DNA of 64,000 nucleotides from a virus: IMG/VR virus record IMGVR_UViG_3300035670_000162, positions 6,428 to 70,427 of that record; one strand, 5' to 3'. Shown piece by piece: positions 57,649 to 64,000 of this stretch (position 1 is its first letter; each line of letters starts with the position of its first letter). The notes under the pieces were generated by a model. It saw only the letters and a program-made list of their open reading frames with translations, ran no database searches and was not told where the DNA came from. The position numbers and the translations under genes were made by a program.

Positions 57649-57882
57649 ATGAGTGATGGATTGAGTCCATACGATTTTTTGTCGTATGTGTCTAGCAGTT
57701 ATGATGGGGAAAGAAATCCTGAAGCATACGGTAAGTATTTCTTTGAGTGTTTGGAAAAATGGAAGCCTCAGATTGCTAATGCGATTGCTGGCACTATTCT
57801 TGATACTCGTCATAACTACAATGCTGACGTTATGATTTCTTTCCTTTACAAGGTTTGGGATCACGATTTCAATGGAGGCTGA
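57649..57882 (+). CDS. Hypothetical protein
   Basis: SD GGAG; P.IAN.I.GT..D. Confidence 0.6.
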   Translation: MSDGLSPYDFLSYVSSSYDGERNPEAYGKYFFECLEKWKPQIANAIAGTILDTRHNYNADVMISFLYKVWDHDFNGG

Positions 57883-58106
57883 TGATGGCTGTTTGTGTTT
57901 ATTGTCAGGAAAACTATTCTGACGAGCGATCAGAATTGGGTTACGATTATTGCTTGTCAGAGCCTTGCCAAAAAATTGGTTTGGATAAGTGGGAGCGGGA
58001 GTTCAGAAAAGAATGGACTCCCGCTTTGTTGCATAAATGCAACTATTTCTGGGTGAAAAAGTCGGAATTGAAAAGCGTGAATGTTCGCGCAGATTTGGAG
58101 AGCTGA
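57882..58106 (+). CDS. Zn-finger hypothetical protein
   Basis: CVYC...ER.ELGYDYC...C...HK.NY. Confidence 0.65.
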   Translation: MMAVCVYCQENYSDERSELGYDYCLSEPCQKIGLDKWEREFRKEWTPALLHKCNYFWVKKSELKSVNVRADLES

Positions 58107-58107
58107 T

Positions 58108-58335
58108 ATGACTGGTAACTGTTTCATTTGTAACTGTGACATTGTTCTTGATTGGGAAGGGCTTCGCTCACCTCTTGAAAAGATTGAAGATCCGGTGAAA
58201 GGTGTCGCTTTCACTTTTTCGGTTGGGTATGGTTCTCGTCATGATGGCAAGTATGGTCAGATTGTCATTTGTGATGATTGCTTCGCTGATCGTACTGATC
58301 GTGTTCACAATCTCCGTGACTACTTGGAATACTGA
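58108..58335 (+). CDS. Zn-finger hypothetical protein
   Basis: CFICN...GYGSRHDG...ICDDC. Confidence 0.65.
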   Translation: MTGNCFICNCDIVLDWEGLRSPLEKIEDPVKGVAFTFSVGYGSRHDGKYGQIVICDDCFADRTDRVHNLRDYLEY

Positions 58336-58347
58336 AAGGGAAATGAA

Positions 58348-58590
58348 ATGAATCAGAAAAAGTTCTGTGGTGAAATCGTTTACGACGAGAATGGGAATCA
58401 GTATTGGATACACTCAGACATCTGCCATTGCTGCGGTTGTGATGATGGTGAAGATGTTTCGGAATTGACTGAAGAAGACATCAAATTCTATTTGTCTGTC
58501 TGCGAAGAATGGTTGCGTAAGAGCAAAGGTTCAGGTTATTTCTGGTTGGGTGATGTGGAAGCTTTGAAGGAGAACTTTGGAAGTGAATGA
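58348..58590 (+). CDS. Hypothetical protein
   Basis: SD-like AAAGGG; CHCCGC. Confidence 0.6.
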   Translation: MNQKKFCGEIVYDENGNQYWIHSDICHCCGCDDGEDVSELTEEDIKFYLSVCEEWLRKSKGSGYFWLGDVEALKENFGSE

Positions 58591-58756
58591 GGTATTGAGT
58601 CCTTTGGTGACTCGTATACATGTCGGTGTTAATCATGGCTTAGTTTCTAATGATGATTTCGCCGACTTGTTGGAAAAGATTCAGAGTGTTATTGATGATG
58701 ATCCTAACTTTGAGGGTCTGTATATCAACCATGATTTTCGTCAGATTGGAGAGTAA
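58583..58756 (+). CDS. 57-aa hypothetical protein (not in ORF track)
   Basis: GTG start with SD AAGGAG; fills the gap. Confidence 0.55.
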   Translation: MNEVLSPLVTRIHVGVNHGLVSNDDFADLLEKIQSVIDDDPNFEGLYINHDFRQIGE

Positions 58757-58758
58757 GA

Positions 58759-59166
58759 ATGATTGATTACGATGCTGTTGAAGATGATTTTCAGAATCAA
58801 GTGAATAGATATGAGGCTGAGATGATCAATCATCTCATGCAAGCAATGAGTGACGGTGATGTTGCAAATTGCAAGCTGGTTTATGATTGGCAAATTTGCA
58901 ATGTTTGTCGTGGCAATGGTGGTCATTCTCGTCGTCTTGGTGTTATTTCTCAAGAAATCATTGATGATTGGGATGATGAAGATTTGGACTATTACATGTC
59001 TGGTGGGTATGATCAGACTTGTGAGCGCTGTGATGGTTCAGGTAAAGTGAAAGAATTGAATCTTCGATCGCTTCCTGAGGATGTTTTGTTGTGGATTGCA
59101 AAGTATCGGGATGATTCATACAATTCTGCTTACATGACTCGTAGTGAAAGGATGATGGGTGCATGA
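58759..59166 (+). CDS. Protein with DnaJ-type CxxCxGxG zinc motifs
   Basis: CNVCRGNG and CERCDGSG. Confidence 0.7.
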   Translation: MIDYDAVEDDFQNQVNRYEAEMINHLMQAMSDGDVANCKLVYDWQICNVCRGNGGHSRRLGVISQEIIDDWDDEDLDYYMSGGYDQTCERCDGSGKVKELNLRSLPEDVLLWIAKYRDDSYNSAYMTRSERMMGA

Positions 59167-59351
59167 AGCGTATGGTTTTTTACGTCGATGTTTTTACCGG
59201 AACTTTTGGTTTGGCTGATGATATTGTTCTTGTTGATGCTACTGATTGGAGTGAAAACGAAGTAGAAAATTTTACTATTATGACAGACGAAGATCGTTCT
59301 GCTTTTGCGAATGATTTTGCTTTGGCACAGTTTGATAAGTTTGGAGAATGA
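59163..59351 (+). CDS. Hypothetical protein
   Basis: ATGA overlaps. Confidence 0.6.
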   Translation: MKRMVFYVDVFTGTFGLADDIVLVDATDWSENEVENFTIMTDEDRSAFANDFALAQFDKFGE

Positions 59352-59614
59352 TTATGGGTGTTGATAACGGTTTTGAAAAGGTTAGTGGTGGCATCATGAT
59401 TACTGGTGATGGTATTGATGCTTATCGCCTTATGGCTTTGATTAAAGCTTTGGAGATTGAGATTCGTACTGGTATGAAGATGAATCGTGGTATGTCTTGT
59501 CTTCAGATTGCTCAGTTTCAATATGGTGTCAAGGCTAAGCGTAAGAAGGATGCTGTTATTGAGTTGAAGAGGATTTTCAATCAGTTTTGTGAGCAGGAGT
59601 TTTACAAGGTATGA
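59348..59614 (+). CDS. Hypothetical protein
   Basis: ITGDGID.YR....L..EI.TGMKM.RG. Confidence 0.65.
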   Translation: MIMGVDNGFEKVSGGIMITGDGIDAYRLMALIKALEIEIRTGMKMNRGMSCLQIAQFQYGVKAKRKKDAVIELKRIFNQFCEQEFYKV

Positions 59615-59970
59615 AGCGTGTAAAATGCATTGGTTGTGACAACAAGGTGAATTCACCTTATACTGTTTGTAAAGTTTGCGCTTATAAGGATGAGGTTCGA
59701 CGCAGTCTTGGTATCGGTATTTCTGCTGATTATCAGTTGGGTAATGATCCCGTTGTGAATGGGCTTTGTTTTCTTCATGCTTGCGGCGTTTTGAATACCT
59801 TTCTTGAAAAGACTTATTCTGCGACCTCTGCTTTCATTGATTCGACAAAGCCTTTGAATTTGGTTGATGAGTATTGTATTGATGACTTGGTTTTGTCGAC
59901 GTATGATGAATTGTCTTATGGCAGGGTGGATCTGAAGCTTTTTACACGTTTTGGATGGAAGGATAAGTGA
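59611..59970 (+). CDS. Hypothetical protein with N-terminal Zn finger
   Basis: CIGC...CKVC. Confidence 0.6.
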   Translation: MKRVKCIGCDNKVNSPYTVCKVCAYKDEVRRSLGIGISADYQLGNDPVVNGLCFLHACGVLNTFLEKTYSATSAFIDSTKPLNLVDEYCIDDLVLSTYDELSYGRVDLKLFTRFGWKDK

Positions 59971-59976
59971 TTTTTT

Positions 59977-60117
59977 ATGAATGATACTTTTGTGTGTCTT
60001 AATTGTGGTGAGTTTTTTGATGAGCGACCTTTTGAAAACGAATGCCCTGTTTGTTTTGAATCGGTCATTGTGAGTGAGTATTCCTACGACACTTCGATTG
60101 GAGAATATGATGATTGA
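59977..60117 (+). CDS. 46-aa zinc-ribbon/rubredoxin-like peptide (not in ORF track)
   Basis: FVCLNCGE.F...ECPVC. Confidence 0.6.
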   Translation: MNDTFVCLNCGEFFDERPFENECPVCFESVIVSEYSYDTSIGEYDD

Positions 60118-60382
60118 GATTCCTTTTACTGATTCTGAATGGTCTGTTATCTATCAGGCTCTGATTTTGCATGAGGAAAGCAAGAAGCTTTCTTGTTCTA
60201 GCTTGAGAAAAGCTGCGTCTGATATGAGAAACGGTATTCAATATCCTCTTTTCGCTGATGGTGAAGATGGCGCTGTTGCTGCTGATCGTACCGCTGATTG
60301 GATTGAGTATGATATGAAAGTTATCAATGAGATGCTAAGTAAAATTGAAGATTATCGTTTTGGTGATCAAGATGATGACTGA
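60107..60382 (+). CDS. Hypothetical protein
   Basis: SD GGAG. Confidence 0.6.
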   Translation: MMIEIPFTDSEWSVIYQALILHEESKKLSCSSLRKAASDMRNGIQYPLFADGEDGAVAADRTADWIEYDMKVINEMLSKIEDYRFGDQDDD

Positions 60383-60614
60383 TGTTGAGTTTTATGATCG
60401 GACTGTCTATATTGATGTCAATGATATTGGTGATTGTTTTAATTTTGACAATTATGATTGCGATGTGATTTTCATTATTGTAAACGGTGTGTGTCGTTTT
60501 TCTATTCATAAGGAGAATGGTTACACTATGCCTGTAAACAAGTATAAGATTCACAATTCTAATGGGGTTGTGAAAAGCGAGATTGTGGAGATTTGTGATG
60601 ACTGTGATTCCTGA
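60372..60614 (+). CDS. Hypothetical protein
   Basis: Overlaps neighbours. Confidence 0.55.
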   Translation: MMTDVEFYDRTVYIDVNDIGDCFNFDNYDCDVIFIIVNGVCRFSIHKENGYTMPVNKYKIHNSNGVVKSEIVEICDDCDS

Positions 60615-61323
60615 TGATGTGATTATCAAAAAGGCTAAGCAAAGCCTTACTCGCCCTGATGATTTCGGTTGGTGGGGTCGTGATGAAATGTTTGTTACTT
60701 GGGGTTTTGCTGGTATCAATCTTCGTTTGAATGCTGATGATATTCTTGAAGAGTCGAACTTTCATGTGATTTCTAATGATCTGATGAACAAGTATCCTGA
60801 TGATTTTCAGATTGTTGGTTGTAATCATTGGGCTTGGGGTTCGATGGATCAGTTGACTGTTCGTGTCTTGAATGATGAAGTCAATCATGATGATATTGAT
60901 ATTGAAGATGTAACTGCTGCTTTTGTTGATCTTCTTGAGTGGCATGATGCTTTGGCTGATTATCCTGTTGCTGATGAAATGGATTTTTCTGAGCGAGAGT
61001 ATGAATCTATTCATAAGTGGACGATGGATGAGTTGAGTCGTCTTGATGATTGCATCCATATTGATACTTCTCTTGAAGAGATGGCTTCTGATATCATCAC
61101 GTTTGTTCATGATCATCTTGGTTGGTGTAGTAACGAATCGCCTCCTACTGAAGATGAAATTTGTCAGTTTGCTTTTGAGTATGGTCTTTGCAAGTTCGAT
61201 GAAGTTGACTTTTGGGTTGACTGGTGCGAGTCGAAAGGTAAGACAATTGTTTGGAATCATTACACAAATCTTGGTGGTAAGAAGCGAGAAATTCCCGGTC
61301 AGTTGAAGATGGAGTTTGAATGA
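60598..61323 (+). CDS. Acidic hypothetical protein
   Basis: LE.SNF...HWA.G..D.L...L.DYPV.DE.DFSERE. Confidence 0.7.
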   Translation: MTVIPDDVIIKKAKQSLTRPDDFGWWGRDEMFVTWGFAGINLRLNADDILEESNFHVISNDLMNKYPDDFQIVGCNHWAWGSMDQLTVRVLNDEVNHDDIDIEDVTAAFVDLLEWHDALADYPVADEMDFSEREYESIHKWTMDELSRLDDCIHIDTSLEEMASDIITFVHDHLGWCSNESPPTEDEICQFAFEYGLCKFDEVDFWVDWCESKGKTIVWNHYTNLGGKKREIPGQLKMEFE

Positions 61324-61607
61324 TGATTGAGTTTCCTGTTCTTATTGGTCCTGAGTATTATGAGAACTATACTGGTGATCTCCCTTGGGCTGGTTTGATT
61401 ATTGAGTTTGACACTCTTGCTTATTGCCCTGGTTGTGATGAAAGAATTGGGGCTTATCTTCAAACTTTTGATAACAAGTGGGGTGCTGGAGTTGAGCGGC
61501 CAGTTCTTGATTATTACTACATCATTGACGATAAGCCATCTTATCTTTGTGAAGATTGTTTTAGCGCTCAGATGATTGATCGGGATGTGGATGAGGTATC
61601 GTTTTAA
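61320..61607 (+). CDS. Zn-finger hypothetical protein
   Basis: CPGC...LCEDC. Confidence 0.6.
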   Translation: MMIEFPVLIGPEYYENYTGDLPWAGLIIEFDTLAYCPGCDERIGAYLQTFDNKWGAGVERPVLDYYYIIDDKPSYLCEDCFSAQMIDRDVDEVSF

Positions 61608-62037
61608 ATCTTATACTTACGATAGAGAGTATGTGTCTTGTAAAGATTTCTCTTTTTTAAGATTTGCATCTAAAGTTGCGGCTTTATCTGATCATCACCG
61701 TTTCCGTTTAGGTGCGGTTGTTGTGAAGAGTGGCCGCGTCCTTTCTCAGGGTGTTAATGTAACAAAAAAGGGTCCAGATACACCTCCTTTTCGTGAAAGT
61801 ATTCATGCTGAAGTTAATGCTATGAGGTGGGCTAGTGATTTAGATGGTTCTACTATTTATGTTGCTCGTCTAAATTCTTCTGAAAAGTTAGCTTTAGCTA
61901 AGCCTTGTGAATATTGTATTAATCACATGTTGCATAATAATGTGAAAAAAGTTGTTTTTTCAACTTCAGAGAATGATGCTAGTGCTTTTTATTTAAATTC
62001 AATTGTTTGGAAAGGGTATGTAAGTAAAAATGGATGA
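61591..62037 (+). CDS. Zn-dependent cytidine/dCMP deaminase-family protein
   Basis: LGAVVV..G...G.N, SIHAE..A, KPCEYC. Confidence 0.85.
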   Translation: MRYRFKSYTYDREYVSCKDFSFLRFASKVAALSDHHRFRLGAVVVKSGRVLSQGVNVTKKGPDTPPFRESIHAEVNAMRWASDLDGSTIYVARLNSSEKLALAKPCEYCINHMLHNNVKKVVFSTSENDASAFYLNSIVWKGYVSKNG

Positions 62038-62332
62038 CAAGTCTTTGTATGAAAAGTTGAAAAAAGATAACGTTCCCCATCTAGATGAGAAAAAGATCAG
62101 ACAGTCTTGTGAAGTTTTGAAGTCATGTCTGGATCGGATGGGTTATAAGGGGAAACTTGATGATATTTACAATATCAAAAAATTTATCATCAAGTTTCCT
62201 GATGGGCAATTGAAGACTAAAAGTCTTGAGCATTATAATGTTTTGATTATGTCAACTTTTGACTGGAGAGGTGAGTGGACAGATCGGATTGTTTCAACGT
62301 CAACGCTTTGGACTGCAGGAAGGGTTAAGTGA
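62030..62332 (+). CDS. Hypothetical protein
   Basis: Overlaps neighbours. Confidence 0.6.
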   Translation: MDDKSLYEKLKKDNVPHLDEKKIRQSCEVLKSCLDRMGYKGKLDDIYNIKKFIIKFPDGQLKTKSLEHYNVLIMSTFDWRGEWTDRIVSTSTLWTAGRVK

Positions 62333-62802
62333 TGGAATCAGAATATGATCGTTATGATTGGGATACGAGTGATCCTCGTCAGCATTGTCGTCATGGTAAA
62401 TTTATTGGGTCTTGGTGGGGTCCAGATGTGCTTTGTGGCCAATGTGAATATGGTCAAGATCCTAGCATTAATGAAATGATTGAAGTTTACTATAATCAGA
62501 TTGATCGTAAGTATATCGAAAGTCAAGCTGTTACTGATTTCATGATGGGTTACATCAAAGATGAATCTAATGATTTCGACTCTGAAGCCCTGACTGAAGC
62601 ATATTTTGATTTTTTGAAATCAAAAGATGATTCGATTAAGAAGTGTCGTGAAAGCATTCAGGCTACGATTGATTATTATGAGCAATTTACTAATGATCGT
62701 AATGATCGAAATGTGTTGTATATGGCTCATCGCTATAACATTCAAAAATATGAGGAGTCTTTGAAAGACAGAGAGGATTCAGTTCATGTTGAATTTGACT
62801 GA
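62329..62802 (+). CDS. Hypothetical protein with N-terminal Zn finger
   Basis: CRHG.FIG...G.D.LCGQCE. Confidence 0.65.
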   Translation: MMESEYDRYDWDTSDPRQHCRHGKFIGSWWGPDVLCGQCEYGQDPSINEMIEVYYNQIDRKYIESQAVTDFMMGYIKDESNDFDSEALTEAYFDFLKSKDDSIKKCRESIQATIDYYEQFTNDRNDRNVLYMAHRYNIQKYEESLKDREDSVHVEFD

Positions 62803-62965
62803 TAACGAGTTGAGTTGTATTAGAAAAGTGTTACAAACATATTTAATTATGGCTGATCCGAATAGTTTTGATTATGAAAAGATCAGTTCTATTTGCTGCA
62901 CTCTAAATAGTTACTTTGATTTTAAAGAATCGCAAGCTTCTGACAGAATGGACATGGGTGATTGA
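62786..62965 (+). CDS. 59-aa hypothetical protein (not in ORF track)
   Basis: ATG with SD GAGG; MLNLTDNELSCIRKVL... Confidence 0.55.
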   Translation: MLNLTDNELSCIRKVLQTYLIMADPNSFDYEKISSICCTLNSYFDFKESQASDRMDMGD

Positions 62966-62966
62966 T

Positions 62967-63521
62967 ATGCCTAATTGGTGTGAAAACAGTGTAATTATTT
63001 ATGGCAATCCTGATCAGCTTGATGAATTCGCGATGAAAGTCCGTGAATCTTTGGCTGATACTGATGGCAAGAATGGCGTTATGGGATGCTATCTTCCTAT
63101 CCCAACTGACTTGTCTAATAATCCATCACCTATTGGTGACGATGAGATTGAATCTTCTAATCTTGAGAAGTATGGCGCTCGCGATTGGTATGATTGGGCT
63201 GTAAAGAATTGGGGTTCGAAGTGGGGTGATTGTCACACAACCATTGATGAGGTTGATGAAAACTCCATGTGTGTGGAAATCAATTACGATTCTGCTTGGG
63301 GTCCGTGTACGGCTGGCTTTGTCGCTATCTCTGAAAAGTTTCCAGATTTTGTTTTCATGGAATTTTATAGAGAATCAGGAATGGGGTTCGCTGGTTATAC
63401 TGTGATTATTGCTGGTGAAATTATTCAAGAACATAGTGCAGATATCATTCCTGATGCTGGTGATTCTGAGTTTATTCTTTATGGCTTGGATGAGCAAATT
63501 TTGCCTGCCGCTTTGCGTTGA
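62967..63521 (+). CDS. DUF1281/YubB ferredoxin-like protein
   Basis: MPNWCEN...DWYDW...NWG.KW...SAW.P...Y.E.GMGF.G. Confidence 0.75.
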   Translation: MPNWCENSVIIYGNPDQLDEFAMKVRESLADTDGKNGVMGCYLPIPTDLSNNPSPIGDDEIESSNLEKYGARDWYDWAVKNWGSKWGDCHTTIDEVDENSMCVEINYDSAWGPCTAGFVAISEKFPDFVFMEFYRESGMGFAGYTVIIAGEIIQEHSADIIPDAGDSEFILYGLDEQILPAALR

Positions 63522-63555
63522 TTGTTTTTATAATCTCTAAAAGAAAGTTGATAGT

Positions 63556-63936
63556 ATGTTTTTTGACCCAGAAGATATTAATAAAATCATGAACAGTCCG
63601 TATGAAAGAATGCCTGATGGCATGGTTGATGCTTCGTCATTTGTCAATTTGTTTCATCAGATTACTTCCGATCTATTGAATACCGACTCTCAAGATGATA
63701 AATCACGTATGACTTGGATGCTAAGTGTTGTAAATCATCTGGACCAGATGAATCAAGAGTCTATGACCATGAGTAGTGTTGAAATTATTAGTTGTTTGTG
63801 TTTTCACACTCTAACTCTTTACAATATTTGTCATGCATATGATTCTGATTTTATTCAGAAGTATGTTGAAATTCTTAACGAATCGATTATGCCTGAAATG
63901 AGGGAGAACGGTACGTTCATTCCGTACTGGGATTGA
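63556..63936 (+). CDS. Hypothetical protein
   Basis: 126-aa ORF after TATAAT. Confidence 0.6.
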   Translation: MFFDPEDINKIMNSPYERMPDGMVDASSFVNLFHQITSDLLNTDSQDDKSRMTWMLSVVNHLDQMNQESMTMSSVEIISCLCFHTLTLYNICHAYDSDFIQKYVEILNESIMPEMRENGTFIPYWD

Positions 63937-63937
63937 T

Positions 63938-64000
63938 ATGAAAGATTGGTATGATCAAGGTGTTTGTCGTGGGGTTGACCCTTCGGTTTTTTATCCCGAA
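63938..64000 (+). CDS. whiB: Second WhiB-family protein, N-terminus only
   Basis: MKDWYDQGVCRGVDPSVFYPE matches the W...C.G.DP..F.P start of WhiB. Confidence 0.7.
   Translation, partial: MKDWYDQGVCRGVDPSVFYPE

Noticed and set aside
57465-57656. 63-aa ORF overlapping tRNA-Arg
   Set aside because: Starts inside the tRNA T arm, has no SD and is not protein-like
59180-61260. Minus-strand ORFs of 131-233 aa in the early region
   Set aside because: Antisense to tightly packed + strand genes; explained by the G+T bias
1-64000. Stop-codon reassignment
   Set aside because: Core genes are intact under the standard code, TAA/TAG/TGA all end genes, and neither tRNA is a suppressor

Overview
The window is 64 kb of a tailed dsDNA bacteriophage genome (siphovirus-like, long tape measure). 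Essentially all credible genes are on the + strand. Two WhiB-like genes and an r1t-type holin point to an actinobacterial host. No integrase or repressor was seen. Gene order: glycosyltransferase end, class II RNR, tRNA-Asn; virion module (portal, fibre-like genes, endolysin, protease/scaffold, major capsid, connectors, tail tube, chaperones, 2320-aa tape measure, tail tip); HNH, phosphoesterase, holin; replication/recombination (DnaB, primase, SSB, DnaE, RecA, Cas4-like, two resolvase-like nucleases); modification enzymes and terminase; a palindrome-rich non-coding junction at about 54.7-55.05 kb; then many small early-type genes. Signals the gene list does not explain: (1) an abrupt A/C-depleted, G+T-rich block starting at a promoter/hairpin at about 39.35 kb and fading through dnaE; (2) a non-coding cassette at 57.27-57.61 kb in which two identical 26-nt pseudoknot-forming repeats bracket a structured RNA and abut tRNA-Arg; (3) an uncalled 25-aa, 9-Cys metallothionein-like ORF in the virion module; (4) the nested-palindrome junction. 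All function calls come from motif recognition by eye; no searches were run.
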